Positions 1 through 9,914 of a stretch of DNA of 64,000 bases are shown here, piece by piece. The translations under genes were made by a program, and so were the position numbers. The stretch comes from Chloroflexota bacterium. Its GTDB lineage: Bacteria; Chloroflexota; UBA11872; VXOZ01. Below the pieces are notes generated by a model. That model was not told the origin of the DNA, did not search any database, and was given only the letters and a program-made list of their open reading frames with translations. The stretch's first letter is position 1. Each line of letters starts with the position of its first letter. The DNA lies in the NCBI GenBank assembly GCA_963663275.1, contig OY760183.1:128001-192000 (forward strand). Direction: 5' to 3'.

Positions 1-340
1 GCACGTGGGCCAGCAGCCGGCCGCCAATGCCCCGGCCGCGAAACGCCGGCAGCACGGCATTGTCGCTCACGGTCCCGATGCGCGTCGCTTCATCCAGTTC
101 ATAGGTCGCGAAGCCAACCGCTTTGCCCGCCGCTTCGGCGATGACGACCGTGGATAGGTCAAGTGTGCGCATGAGGTCGGCTTCCCACTCACGCCAGGGG
201 CGTCCGCCAATAACGCCGAGCCGCTCTTCCCGCCAGCGCAGCACGGTCACGTCCGCAAACGCGCGCACGCTGAGTTCGATGAGGGTCTCCCGATCCGCCG
301 CGGACGCCCTGCGGATTCTGACGTGGGTCTCTCTCTTCAT
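1..340 (-). CDS. GNAT family N-acetyltransferase (3' end runs off window)
   Basis: Manual translation from ATG at 340: MKRETHVRIRRASAADRETL...VGFATYELD...DNAVLPAFRGRGIGGRLL, containing the GNAT acetyl-CoA motif A (V.P.FRGRGIG). Confidence 0.8.
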   Translation of the reverse strand, partial: MKRETHVRIRRASAADRETLIELSVRAFADVTVLRWREERLGVIGGRPWREWEADLMRTLDLSTVVIAEAAGKAVGFATYELDEATRIGTVSDNAVLPAFRGRGIGGRLLAHV

Positions 341-589
341 CACGCTGTTCCCTAATCTTACCACGCATGGCAAGGCCCCCTGCGGCAACCGCTTTGCCCC
401 CGGATGAGACCCGTGCGCAACCTCATCCGGCGCTACCTGAGTCCCCCTCTCCACTGGGGAGAGGGCCGGGGTGAGGGGGAGATGCGGCGCAGTTTCGGCA
501 GAGTCTCGCCTACGCGGCAGAGCGTTGCATAGGTCTCTCGGCTGGAATGCGCATACCCCGCTGGCGGCGGCCCCTGCGCGCGCTCTGAT

Positions 590-2605
590 TCACTGGTGCG
601 GCGCCTTAACCCACACCGGACTCGACCAGGCCGCGTGGCCGTCGCTCTGCGTCACGCGCAGGTAGACGTAGGAGGTCTGTTCTCCCGCCAGTGGGAGCGT
701 CTCGGCAATCTCAGCGACGCGATCGCCGCCGGGCTGCGTGTGGACAACCCTGCCGTCGCAGACCAGTTCCAGACTGGCAATCGGGGCCGTGCCGAGCACA
801 CGCGCCGTCACCGCGACCGCCGCCGCGCTTGCCGTGAATTCTTCACCCATGCCGCGGCCGTCCACGCGAAAATCGAGCACGATGCGCGCGCCGGTGGTGG
901 CGTAGCAGCGGCGTTCTTTGAGCGCCTGGATAATCGCCGCGCGCGTCAGTTCCGGCGCGATAACGGCGGTCAGGCCGCCCGTCTTATGGTCGTGGAAATC
1001 CACGCCGGCCATGGCGCACGTGTTGCGGCCCGGCTGGGCGTGGTGGCTGTCGGTGCCGCCCACGAAGCCGAGGCGGTGTCCCATTGCCAGCGCGTCCTGG
1101 GCCGACGCGCCGCCGCCGCCAATCACGGTCGCGCCGCCGGGTTCGTCGGTCTCGAACGCGCCCCGGTTTTGCGCAATCTCCAAGACGGTCTGATACTCCG
1201 CATTATGCCGTTGCCAGTCCTGCACCCGCCAGTTCTGATACCCGCCTTCAGACGTGACGTTGATGTGATGCGGCACGACCACCGCGCCGGTGCCCGCCAG
1301 TGCCGGCCAGATTTCCTCGATTTTACTGGTGGTCACGCGCTTGCCCTCGTCGGGATAGAGGATGACGCGGTGTCCGGCGGTGGGATCGCTGAGTTCTATA
1401 GCGACAAGCGGCGCGAACGCTCCGGCCTCATAGAAGCCCGCGATGACTTCCTGATACTCCGCCCAATCGTCAGCGCGTGGTACAGACCACAGGGATTCGA
1501 TGTTCTTGGGCGGCGGAAACCACGCCACACCCACACAGTCGAGGCCGGACACGTCGCGGGCGTAGCGGAACGCCTCCGCGTACGTGCCCACGCCGTGCGC
1601 CATGAACGGCCCGTGGGGGCGGTGGCTGGGATCGAGCGCGCCGGGGGCGTGGGTGTGCAGGTCGCCAAAGAAGATGCGGTCGCCGCCGGCCTCCACTACG
1701 TCGATCGGATTGCTGACGCCGGATACACCGGCTTCCCAGGCCGCCGCCGTTACCGTGACCGGCCCGGCCGCGTTCCGGGAGACGATGAATGGCCCCAGCC
1801 GCGCCGCGCCGCCGTCGCTGGCCGTGATGCCGCAGTTTTCAGGCGCGCTGATGCCGCCCGGCCGCGTAGCAAGTGCGATTTCGCCCGCAAAGTCCGTACA
1901 GACGTTACCAAACGCATCCTCGACGCGCACGAGCACGGAGAATTCCTCACCGGCAGTCACCCTGGCGGGCGCAACCACGCCCAACCGCGCCGGTGGCCCG
2001 GCGACGACGTCAACCGTTGGCAAATCCGGCAGGAGCCGGTACCCCTTGGGGTCGCCGCCGGGATAGCGCGGATTGCTGTAACTGGCGTTGCCAAGCGGGT
2101 CCACCAGCACCTGAAAGTGCATCTCGTTCATGGCGACTTCCTGCGCCCGCGCCCGCTCGTAGAAGCCGGGTATAAACGAGCCGGCGTCACCAAGCGTGAC
2201 CGCGATTTCCTCGCCGGCCCGCAGCGCGGCGCCCTCTACCGTGACGAAAACGCAGGGAAACTGCGCGTGGTGGTACTTGAGCGGATAGTCGTTGCGCACG
2301 CGCACGGAAACGCCGCCGCGGCCAGTGGTAGTCGCGGTAACGTGGCCGAGCCGCCAGCGCACGCTGTGGACGCACGGCGGCACGACGGCAATGCCGCCGC
2401 CGGGCGCGATTCCTTGGCTGCCCGCCGTATAGGTAATCGTCCACGTGCCGAACGCGCCCGCCGCGACCGGGCCGGACGGGTCCAGCGCGCAGTGGCCCAG
2501 CTCCGCCCCCAAAGCCGCGCCGCCCGCCGCCGCCGTGACCTGCACGCCGTGGGTAACACCCTGATCCCGCGAACCCGAATGTGCGGACCCGTTGCCGTCG
2601 CTCAT
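590..2605 (-). CDS. DUF3604-like / PHP-fold metal-dependent hydrolase with N-terminal beta-rich domains
   Basis: FGDLHTH, VPHH, GFVGGTDSH, RRCYATTG and C-terminal AWSSPVW motifs; ATG at 2605 preceded by GAGGGAAGG. Confidence 0.7.
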   Translation of the reverse strand: MSDGNGSAHSGSRDQGVTHGVQVTAAAGGAALGAELGHCALDPSGPVAAGAFGTWTITYTAGSQGIAPGGGIAVVPPCVHSVRWRLGHVTATTTGRGGVSVRVRNDYPLKYHHAQFPCVFVTVEGAALRAGEEIAVTLGDAGSFIPGFYERARAQEVAMNEMHFQVLVDPLGNASYSNPRYPGGDPKGYRLLPDLPTVDVVAGPPARLGVVAPARVTAGEEFSVLVRVEDAFGNVCTDFAGEIALATRPGGISAPENCGITASDGGAARLGPFIVSRNAAGPVTVTAAAWEAGVSGVSNPIDVVEAGGDRIFFGDLHTHAPGALDPSHRPHGPFMAHGVGTYAEAFRYARDVSGLDCVGVAWFPPPKNIESLWSVPRADDWAEYQEVIAGFYEAGAFAPLVAIELSDPTAGHRVILYPDEGKRVTTSKIEEIWPALAGTGAVVVPHHINVTSEGGYQNWRVQDWQRHNAEYQTVLEIAQNRGAFETDEPGGATVIGGGGASAQDALAMGHRLGFVGGTDSHHAQPGRNTCAMAGVDFHDHKTGGLTAVIAPELTRAAIIQALKERRCYATTGARIVLDFRVDGRGMGEEFTASAAAVAVTARVLGTAPIASLELVCDGRVVHTQPGGDRVAEIAETLPLAGEQTSYVYLRVTQSDGHAAWSSPVWVKAPHQ

Positions 2606-2630
2606 CGACGTCCTTCCCTCAATCACCCTC

Positions 2631-2822
2631 GTAGCGCGGGGGTTCATCCCCCGCCTCTTGGCTGATCACCCTCGTAGCGCGGAGGCTCGTCCCCCGCCTC
2701 TTGGTTCAACATCACCGTAGCGCGGGGGCTCGTCCCCCGCCTCTTGGTTCAACATCACCGTAGCGCGGGGGCTCGTCCCCCGCCTCCTCGCCCCGACGCA
2801 GGTTACAAACCTGCGCTACCGG
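2631..2822. repeat. Tandem array of 4 GTAG-type REPs (43-bp period) followed by a CGCAGGTTACAAACCTGCGCTAC REP
   Basis: GTAGCGCGGRGGYTCRTCCCCCGC at 2631, 2674, 2717, 2760 with near-identical linkers. Confidence 0.9.
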
Positions 2823-2871
2823 AAATCCGCAATTGCAAACCTGTTTGCGGCCTCATGCCAACGCGGCGGCG

Positions 2872-3642
2872 TTACACGTCGAACAGGCGCGCCGCGTTCT
2901 CCTTGAACAGCATTCGCTTGACCGAATCCGCAATCCCCGTCTCGGTCTCGATGCTCAGCTTGGCGGATTCATGATAGTGCAGCGGCGAGTTGGAGCCAAA
3001 GAGCAGGTGCTCCGGCCCGATGCTCGCGCAGAGTTTCGCCACGTCGTGGATCGGCCCCTGCACGCGGCTGTTCTCCACGTAGAGGTTAGCGCGCTCGTCC
3101 ACGCTCCGCCAGATGCCGGTCACCTCGCCAAACCGCCCGGCGGTCACCAGAAAGCGCACCTCAGGAAAGGCATTGACCGTCTGCGCGATTTCGCCGGCCG
3201 CCACGTCGGGCACCCGCACCAAGCGGTGGTGATGCCGCACGTCTTCCAGGCCGACGGCGATGAGGACGATCAGGTCATGCTCCCGCGCGATTTCCAGCAA
3301 ACGCAAGCACTCCCGACCCAAAAGCTCGTACTGGTGGTAGTTGGGATGCAGCCGCAGGTTCTTCACGCCCAGTTCGTCTATGCAGATATGCAGGTCTTCG
3401 TCCCAGCCCGGATACGCCGGATTGATGGTGTAAGCCGGAATGAAGCGGGCCGGATGCGCCCGCGCGATGCCGTGCAATTCGCGGTTGCCGACCAGCAGGT
3501 CCTTGAAGAAGACGTTCTCCAGGCGCGAGACTACGGCCCGCTCGATGCCAAGCGCGTCCATCTTGCGCAGCAGGTTCTCCGGCTGGGCATACGGCAACCG
3601 GCGGAAGGGCCACTCGCCCACGTAGGCATTGCTATCGATCAT
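2872..3642 (-). CDS. Amidohydrolase_2 family metallohydrolase
   Basis: MIDSNAY start, LRLHPNY, LLFGSNSP, LFKENAARLF; metal ligands partly non-canonical. Confidence 0.8.
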   Translation of the reverse strand: MIDSNAYVGEWPFRRLPYAQPENLLRKMDALGIERAVVSRLENVFFKDLLVGNRELHGIARAHPARFIPAYTINPAYPGWDEDLHICIDELGVKNLRLHPNYHQYELLGRECLRLLEIAREHDLIVLIAVGLEDVRHHHRLVRVPDVAAGEIAQTVNAFPEVRFLVTAGRFGEVTGIWRSVDERANLYVENSRVQGPIHDVAKLCASIGPEHLLFGSNSPLHYHESAKLSIETETGIADSVKRMLFKENAARLFDV

Positions 3643-3745
3643 GTCGTGCAGTCTCTCGCTTCACGTGCCTTACCCCCTCACCCTAACCCTCTCCCAGGAG
3701 AGAGAACCGGATGCGCCCGGCGCCACTCTCTTCTCTCTCTCCCTG

Positions 3746-3906
3746 GCTGATAGGGGTATGTACTTCAAAATAGACTTTACCTGTCATTCCGAACGGAGCG
3801 GAGCGAAGAGTCGCTAAGAGCGCGGAATCTAAGGCATGGCCCTGCGGGATCAACACTTCTAGATTCCTCGCTCCGCTCGGAATGACATTTATGTACCCTT
3901 GTCAGC
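3746..3906. mobile_element. MITE-B copy (TIR GCTGACAGGGGTA) carrying a TGTCATTCCG-type REP pair
   Basis: GCTGATAGGGGTA...TACCCTTGTCAGC enclosing TGTCATTCCGAACGGAG...CTCCGCTCGGAATGACA. Confidence 0.75.
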
Positions 3907-3919
3907 CCAAGAAAGGGAA

Positions 3920-4711
3920 CTACCGCCAGGCTCCCTGCCGCGCCGTCTCGCACTCGGCCAGCACGCGGGCCATGTTGCCGTAGAGAATCTTCTCCTTATC
4001 CGCGGTGGAGAGGTCCGCGCCCAGCACCTTGGCAAGCTGGGAGGGAAAGGAGCGCCCGGGCATGTCGGTGCCAAAGATCACGCGCTCCGCGCCGGCGTGA
4101 TCCACGAGAATCTGCACGCCGCCGGCGTTGCACTCGTTGCCGGCGATGTCCAGCAGGACGTTTGGCGTGCTCCGGAAGACTTTCGCGCCGTATTCGTAGT
4201 CGCCGCCGGCGTGGGCGGCGATGATGGTGGCGTCCGGGTGGCGGCGCGCCAGGTCGGCCACCATCTCCGGGGGCGACTCGCCGTAGCCGAGGCCGTCCGC
4301 CTTCAACCACGTATGCTGCAGGGCCGGCGCCCGGTAGCGCGCGCAGATGTCCACCAGCCGGTCCACCCGCGCGTCGTCGCAGGGCAGCGCGTGCCACAGC
4401 TTGAGGCCCACAAAGCCTTGCGTTGTCAAGCGCCGTTCCAGTTCCGCCGCCGCAGCGTCCCCATGATAAGGATTCACGTAGCAGAAGCCGCGCACCCGCG
4501 CCGGGTAGCGTTGCATCAGCGCGTAGGTCTCGTCGTTGCACCGGGCGCAGAACTCCGGCGTGGGAAAGGCGTCGCGCGAGGCGGCCGCCACCGGACGAAT
4601 GGCGTACGTCACCAGCACGGCGTCGAACTGCTCCGCAATCTCGATCTGCTGCGCGAAGTCGTCCAGCGACCTGCCAACGTCGGTATGAACGTGAACGTCG
4701 ATGATGGGCAT
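3920..4711 (-). CDS. Amidohydrolase_2 family metallohydrolase
   Basis: IIDVHVH, GLKLWH, IIAAHAGG, VIFGTDMP, ILYGNMAR; the longer ORF-track start reads through repeat DNA. Confidence 0.85.
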   Translation of the reverse strand: MPIIDVHVHTDVGRSLDDFAQQIEIAEQFDAVLVTYAIRPVAAASRDAFPTPEFCARCNDETYALMQRYPARVRGFCYVNPYHGDAAAAELERRLTTQGFVGLKLWHALPCDDARVDRLVDICARYRAPALQHTWLKADGLGYGESPPEMVADLARRHPDATIIAAHAGGDYEYGAKVFRSTPNVLLDIAGNECNAGGVQILVDHAGAERVIFGTDMPGRSFPSQLAKVLGADLSTADKEKILYGNMARVLAECETARQGAWR

Positions 4712-4782
4712 TGCCTTGCCATACACTATCAAGAAAGCCTGTATACGATCTTCTTCGAGCATACGTGCAATATACAATAGAG

Positions 4783-4951
4783 GCCGTTCGTGTCGAGCCT
4801 GCCTGGCCTTGGCCTCCTGCCGTTTGCGCTGAGCCTGTCTGGCCTTAGCCTCCTGCCGTTCGTGCTGAGCCTGTCGAAGCATGAGCGGCAGGGGGCGTGT
4901 ACCGCCGTTCCCGCCACGTTCACCCTTCGACAAGCTCAGGGCGAACGTGGC
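4783..4951. repeat. CCGTTCGTGCTGAGCCTGTCGAAG-type REP pair with two upstream 36-bp partial tandem copies
   Basis: Three CCGTTYGYG..GAGCCTG starts at 36-bp spacing, then inverted CTTCGACAAGCTCAGGGCGAACG. Confidence 0.8.
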
Positions 4952-4997
4952 TCTTTCAAGAAATCACCATCTACAATTGGCGCTCACGCTGAGGCGC

Positions 4998-5960
4998 TTA
5001 CCCGGAGGCGCTCACGCGCTCCCGCCAGTAGTCCAGCGTATTTTGCAGGGTCTGTTCCAGGGGTATCGCGGCGCGCCAGCCGGTTTGCCGTTGGAACGCG
5101 CGTGGATCCGCCCGCAGCGCCGGGGCGTCGCCGGGCCGGAAGAGCGCCGGATCCGTCTCCACGCGCACCTCCACCCGCGTCAGGCGCAGCATCATCCCCA
5201 GCATCTCGTCAATCGAGCGCGCCGCGCCGGAGCCGATCGTGTACACCGCGCCGGGCGTCCCTTTCTCCAGCGCCAGCCAGTAGGCGACGGCCACGTCGCG
5301 CACGTCGGTAAAGTCGCGCCGGGCGCTCATGTTGCCCACTTTCAGCGTGGGCGGCTGCAAACCCGCCTCCATCCGCGCCAGTTCCCGCGCGAAGCGGGCG
5401 ATGACGAAGTCCGGCGCCTGGCGCGGGCCGATGTGGTTGAACGGCCGCGCGCGCACGCTGGACAACCCGTGGCTCTGGCCATACTGCACCGCCAGCATCT
5501 CCTGTCCCACCTTGCTCACCGCGTAGGGGTCGGCGGGGCGCAGCGGCACGTCCTCGCTCACCGGCAGGTCTGCCTCCTCCACCATACCGTAGACGCTGCT
5601 GGAACTCACCACCAGCAGGCGGGCCGCCGGCGCGTGGGCGCGCATGGCCAGGATGACGTGCAGTTGGCCCAGGATGTTGGCGCTGAGGGTGGCGGCCGGG
5701 TCGCGCCACGCGGTCGGCACGTGCGCCTGGGCCGCCAGATGGAAGACTCTCTCCGGCTTGATTGCCGCCAGCGCGGCGTTCACGGCGGCCTCGTCGGTCA
5801 TGTCCGCCGCGTAGAGGTGCACGCGCTCGCCCAGGTGCGCCAGGCGCCGATGCGGCCCCGGCGTGTGCGCCAACCCCCACACCTCAACCCCCCGCGCCAG
5901 GCAGGCATCCGCCAAATGGCTGCCCGCAAAGCCGGTAATGCCGGTAATCAGTACGCGCAT
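4998..5960 (-). CDS. GDP-mannose 4,6-dehydratase/Rmd-like NAD-dependent epimerase (extended SDR)
   Basis: ITGITGFAGSHL, HLAAQ, YAVSK, RPFNHIGP, RDFTDVRD. Confidence 0.85.
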   Translation of the reverse strand: MRVLITGITGFAGSHLADACLARGVEVWGLAHTPGPHRRLAHLGERVHLYAADMTDEAAVNAALAAIKPERVFHLAAQAHVPTAWRDPAATLSANILGQLHVILAMRAHAPAARLLVVSSSSVYGMVEEADLPVSEDVPLRPADPYAVSKVGQEMLAVQYGQSHGLSSVRARPFNHIGPRQAPDFVIARFARELARMEAGLQPPTLKVGNMSARRDFTDVRDVAVAYWLALEKGTPGAVYTIGSGAARSIDEMLGMMLRLTRVEVRVETDPALFRPGDAPALRADPRAFQRQTGWRAAIPLEQTLQNTLDYWRERVSASG

Positions 5961-6006
5961 GGGGAGCGGCTCTTCGCAAAATACGCGGCGGTGAATTCCT
6001 GCGGCG

Positions 6007-6036
6007 ATTATACGCGCCCGCCAGTGCACGCGGCAA
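6007..6036 (-). promoter_or_regulatory. Sigma70-type promoter candidate for the epimerase gene
   Basis: Minus strand TTGCCG-N18-TATAAT, about 47 nt upstream of ATG 5960. Confidence 0.5.
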
Positions 6037-6159
6037 CCGCATAAGGCGCTAGCGTCCAGGCTGCGCGCATCTGAAGGCGCGGCCCCTGCGCGGCGTCCAT
6101 TCCGGTAGCGCAGGTTTGCAACCTGCGCTCTTCGTCAAGCCGCTCTACACGATTAGCAT

Positions 6160-7521
6160 CTAACCGCGAGTCTGATCGAAGTACAGCGCCTTGACCGCGA
6201 ACAGTGTGGTCAGTATCGAGTCGACGAGGATGCCGAGGCCAAAGAGCAACATTACGCTCAGGTAGTCCGGCTCCCACAACCCTGCCACATAGAGCAGGAA
6301 AGCGGCGGCGTAGACCGTTCCGTTTGTGATTATCGACTGATAGGCCATGTAGCGGGTCTTGCCGAGTCCGTAGAACAGGCTGTCCGTCACGGTGTTGAAC
6401 GAGAACAAGACGTACGGAACGAAGAGCACCGCAAACGCCGTTGTGGCGAATGCTACTGTAGCCTCATCCGGATTCAGCGCTGTGGCGACAGTTTCCCAGA
6501 ATGGCACGAGAGCTACCCACACGAGCATCATCACCGCGACCACGATCATCGACGTATGCCAAAGTTGGCGCACCCTTTCGATCTGGCCGCTGTTATTTGC
6601 GAACAGCGCCTTTGCCGAATCCGCGAATGCCAGCACCGGCACCAGCATGAAACTCCAAAATACCTGAATGAACAGATAGTAGCCGCCGATCTCCTCCGTG
6701 CCGATCGAGTTGACGATGCGAATAATCATCACGAAGTAGGCCACGTTCCGAACCAGACTGTCCAAACCACTGCCCGCGCCTACGCCGAAGTAGGTGCGTA
6801 TGTCCTGAAACGTCGGCTTGGCCAGCAGCGCCGACGCAGGGACCCTCATGGTAGCCAGCAACGCGTACATCGCCACCGCAAACAGCAGCACACTGGCTAC
6901 GATCGACGACCAAGCCACGCCGATTACCCCAGCATCCAAGGAAAAGCCGTACCCACCGAAGAACAGGCTATCTAAGGCGAATCTGACCAAGACGTTGAGC
7001 AAGGCCATGCCCAGAATCAAGGCTCTCTTGTTCAGGGCTTGCAGAATGACGATCGACGCAGCGTAGAGTAGGACGAACGGCGTACCGAGCACGGTAATGC
7101 CCAGGAAGTCTCTCGTCTCCGCTTGAATTGCCTCAGGCGTGGCGACAATCTCGACGAAACTGCCGCGGAAGGCAAACGCGGCCACGGCAAAGACGGCGGA
7201 GACGACGAATATAAAGACAAGGACGCTCTTCAAGCGGTCCAATTGCACCAAGGCGCTGCTCGCGATGCGGCTGCCGACGAAGAAGTAGACCGCCAGCACC
7301 GTCGCTTCCTGGAAGACCTCGATGACAAGGTTGACGAATTGCCACTGAGCCACAATCGCGAGCGCGCCGGGGTCGGGAATAGCATTGCCAACCAGGTGGA
7401 CACGATAGAGTTGATAGACACCCGGCAGCGCGAGAAAGAGAAGAATGAAAGAGAAGAGTCGCCAGTCCCAAAGCGCCAAGTGCGCCCGTAGTTGGCGAAA
7501 CATGCTGATTTGCGTTGACAT
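6160..7521 (-). CDS. MATE-family multidrug efflux transporter
   Basis: About 12 hydrophobic segments in two halves; NVLVRFALDSLF..GVIGVAWSS and DSLFYGLGKT MATE-like motifs; visibly lower GC than neighbours. Confidence 0.7.
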   Translation of the reverse strand: MSTQISMFRQLRAHLALWDWRLFSFILLFLALPGVYQLYRVHLVGNAIPDPGALAIVAQWQFVNLVIEVFQEATVLAVYFFVGSRIASSALVQLDRLKSVLVFIFVVSAVFAVAAFAFRGSFVEIVATPEAIQAETRDFLGITVLGTPFVLLYAASIVILQALNKRALILGMALLNVLVRFALDSLFFGGYGFSLDAGVIGVAWSSIVASVLLFAVAMYALLATMRVPASALLAKPTFQDIRTYFGVGAGSGLDSLVRNVAYFVMIIRIVNSIGTEEIGGYYLFIQVFWSFMLVPVLAFADSAKALFANNSGQIERVRQLWHTSMIVVAVMMLVWVALVPFWETVATALNPDEATVAFATTAFAVLFVPYVLFSFNTVTDSLFYGLGKTRYMAYQSIITNGTVYAAAFLLYVAGLWEPDYLSVMLLFGLGILVDSILTTLFAVKALYFDQTRG

Positions 7522-7623
7522 GTGTCTAGTATAGTGGAAGCGCGGATGTTGTCCACTGAAAGAGACAGTCGAAGCGAGTAATCGCATGGCAGAATTGCGC
7601 GGTAATCCGCCGATGCGCGCCTA

Positions 7624-9561
7624 TCACAGCCTCTGCGCCTGGTAGAGGTCTTGGAAGAGGCCCGGCTGTGCCAGCAGCGCCTGGGGGCTGCCCTCTTGGA
7701 CCAATCTGCCTTCATCGATCACCAGGATCGTATCGGCGCGCATCACGCCGACCAGCCGGTGCGCCACCACGACGGCGGTGCGCCCGCGCCGGGCCGTCTC
7801 CAGCGCGGCGCGCACCTTCTGGTCGGTCAGCGCGTCCAGGGCGGACGTGGCCTCGTCCAGCAGGAGGATGCGCGGCTGCGCGAGCATAGCCCGGCAGAGG
7901 GCCAGGCGCTGGCGTTCGCCGCCGGAAAGCGCCAGGCCGCGTTCGCCCACCAGCGTCTCGTAGCCGTCCGGCAGCGACGCTACGAAGTCGTGCAGTTGCG
8001 CCGCCTGGGCCGCCGCGACCACCCGCGCGCGTGGGATGTCGCGGGCCGGGTAGACGAGGTTCGCGGAGATCGTGTCGTTCCAGAGGAAGACGTCCTGCGG
8101 CACGAGGCCGATCATGCCGCGCAGGCTCGCCAACGGCAGCGCCGCTATGTCCTGGCCGTCAACGCGAATAACGCCGGAGTGAGGTTCGTAGAAGCGCAGC
8201 AGCAGGTCGATGATGGTGCTCTTGCCGCCGCCGCTGGGACCGACGACGCCAATGAACGCGCCGGGCTCGGCCCGAAATGAGACGCCCTCCAGGCCGAAGC
8301 CGTCGCGGCCGTAATCGAACGAGACATCCGCGAATTCTATGGCGGCGCCGCCGCTCGCTAGATTCGCGCGCTTGGCTGCCGCCGGGCCCGCATCCGCTCG
8401 TACTTCGACAGGCTCAGCACGAACGGATGCTGCCGGGCCTGCCTCCGGGACGGACGCTTCTGCCTTCGTATGCAAGTGAGGCTCCGCGCGGCCTGCGCCT
8501 CTCGCCCCGTCAGCGGTAGCCCGCCCCGCCAGGGCCGCGGCTTGCGGCCAGGCGCGCGTGGTATCCGGCGCTGCTGGCGGCGCCTCCTCTTGCGGCAGGG
8601 CGAGCAGCGCGTCGATGCGCTCGGCCGCGGCTTTGGCCTGGCCGGCGCCCACGTGGCCTTCCAGGATAGCTTCCATCGCAACGTACGCGCGTTGCGTATA
8701 CAGGATGAAGGCCACCAGACCGCCAATGCTGAGCCGTCCGTTGATGACCTCATACGCGCCGTAGCCGTACACCAGACCGAGCCCGACCTGCTCCGTCAGC
8801 TTCAGCGGCAGTTTCAACACCAGGTTGTGGAACGTAATGCTCTTGGCTTTGATGCGCCACTGGACTTTCAGCCATTCCAGCCAGCGGGCCGCTTCATAGG
8901 GCGCGGCGACGTGGGCGCGCACGGCACGCATACCGGGAATCACATCCTGCAGGTAGTTCATACCGTCTTCTCGAATGCGAATGAACTCCCGGTCCAGACG
9001 TTCCGCATACCGCCGCATCCATTCGGCAATGAGATAGCAGACCGGCACGGCAACCAAGCTCACCAACAGCAGGCGGCCGTTGAGATAGAACATGACGCCC
9101 ACCGTGCCCAACAAGAGCACGGCGTTGGTGAACATAGGCAGCAGTTCATTGCTCACGTACACCTCGCCAATCTCGCCGCACACCTTGGTGAGCGTGCGGA
9201 TGATGCGGCCGCTGGCGATGCGCTCCAGATCCTTCATGCGCACGTACAGCAGGTGATTGAAGAGCGCCTGCCGGAGCGATTGCGAGACCGCCTCGCCAAT
9301 GCTGGCGCGCAGATAGTTCTGCGCCGCGCCGAGCGCCATGGTCAAGAGCGGAAAGCCGATGATGCCGACCAGCAGCAGCACGATGAGCCAAATGTCCTTG
9401 GCGGGAATGGCCTGGTCGATGAGGCGCTTGACCAGCAGCGGCGAGACCAGGCTGACGCCGGCGCCCAAGACGACCAGCGCGATGATGCCCGCCAGCAGGC
9501 TGAGGCGCGCCCGCAGTTGCCGCTTGACGACATGGTAGGTCCGGTTGATGCCTGCGCTCAT
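7624..9561 (-). CDS. ABC exporter, fused permease/ATP-binding protein
   Basis: N-terminal TM domain; GPSGGGKS, LSGGERQ, LLLDEATS, VAHR; unusually long linker contains a REP. Confidence 0.9.
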   Translation of the reverse strand: MSAGINRTYHVVKRQLRARLSLLAGIIALVVLGAGVSLVSPLLVKRLIDQAIPAKDIWLIVLLLVGIIGFPLLTMALGAAQNYLRASIGEAVSQSLRQALFNHLLYVRMKDLERIASGRIIRTLTKVCGEIGEVYVSNELLPMFTNAVLLLGTVGVMFYLNGRLLLVSLVAVPVCYLIAEWMRRYAERLDREFIRIREDGMNYLQDVIPGMRAVRAHVAAPYEAARWLEWLKVQWRIKAKSITFHNLVLKLPLKLTEQVGLGLVYGYGAYEVINGRLSIGGLVAFILYTQRAYVAMEAILEGHVGAGQAKAAAERIDALLALPQEEAPPAAPDTTRAWPQAAALAGRATADGARGAGRAEPHLHTKAEASVPEAGPAASVRAEPVEVRADAGPAAAKRANLASGGAAIEFADVSFDYGRDGFGLEGVSFRAEPGAFIGVVGPSGGGKSTIIDLLLRFYEPHSGVIRVDGQDIAALPLASLRGMIGLVPQDVFLWNDTISANLVYPARDIPRARVVAAAQAAQLHDFVASLPDGYETLVGERGLALSGGERQRLALCRAMLAQPRILLLDEATSALDALTDQKVRAALETARRGRTAVVVAHRLVGVMRADTILVIDEGRLVQEGSPQALLAQPGLFQDLYQAQRL

Positions 9562-9914
9562 GCTTCCTCCTGTGTGTGGATGCGATGCTGCGCCCGCCTG
9601 CTTGCCCTAGGGCGCGCGCCGCCGCCGGGGGTCGTTGTTGATACGGCCGGTGGCGAGATTGGCGTAGGTTGGACGGCGCGGCCAAGGCGTGCAGACGAGT
9701 GCGCGTTTTACCGAACGGCCAGTATACCCGCTTGGCAAGCGCCGCCGGGATTTTCGCCAAAAACACGCCGTTTGCGGGGCGATAGAGTCGGTTTCCCGTC
9801 AAGGTGGTATACTGTTAACACGAAAAAACGGGCGGCCCGTTGGCACTCTCGTGCTGGTGGGTTGCCCGTTCGTGTTGCCCGGCGCGGCGGAGGCCGGGCC
9901 GGTTTGCGCATCGA

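Noticed and set aside
596-2665. Long antisense ORFs (also 35337-37997, 22167-23855, 37897-39543, 57898-59601 and others)
   Set aside because: They are shadow frames of high-GC genes with recognisable motifs on the other strand and have no motifs of their own
2631-2790. Regularly spaced palindromic repeats resembling a CRISPR array (also 27306-27431 and 34632-34890)
   Set aside because: Linkers are near-identical rather than unique spacers, the repeat is a dispersed GTAG REP, and no cas genes are present
4712-4933. N-terminal extension of the amidohydrolase ORF with RQEAKARQA repeats
   Set aside because: It is translation of REP and tandem repeat DNA; the family start MPIIDVHVH is at 4711
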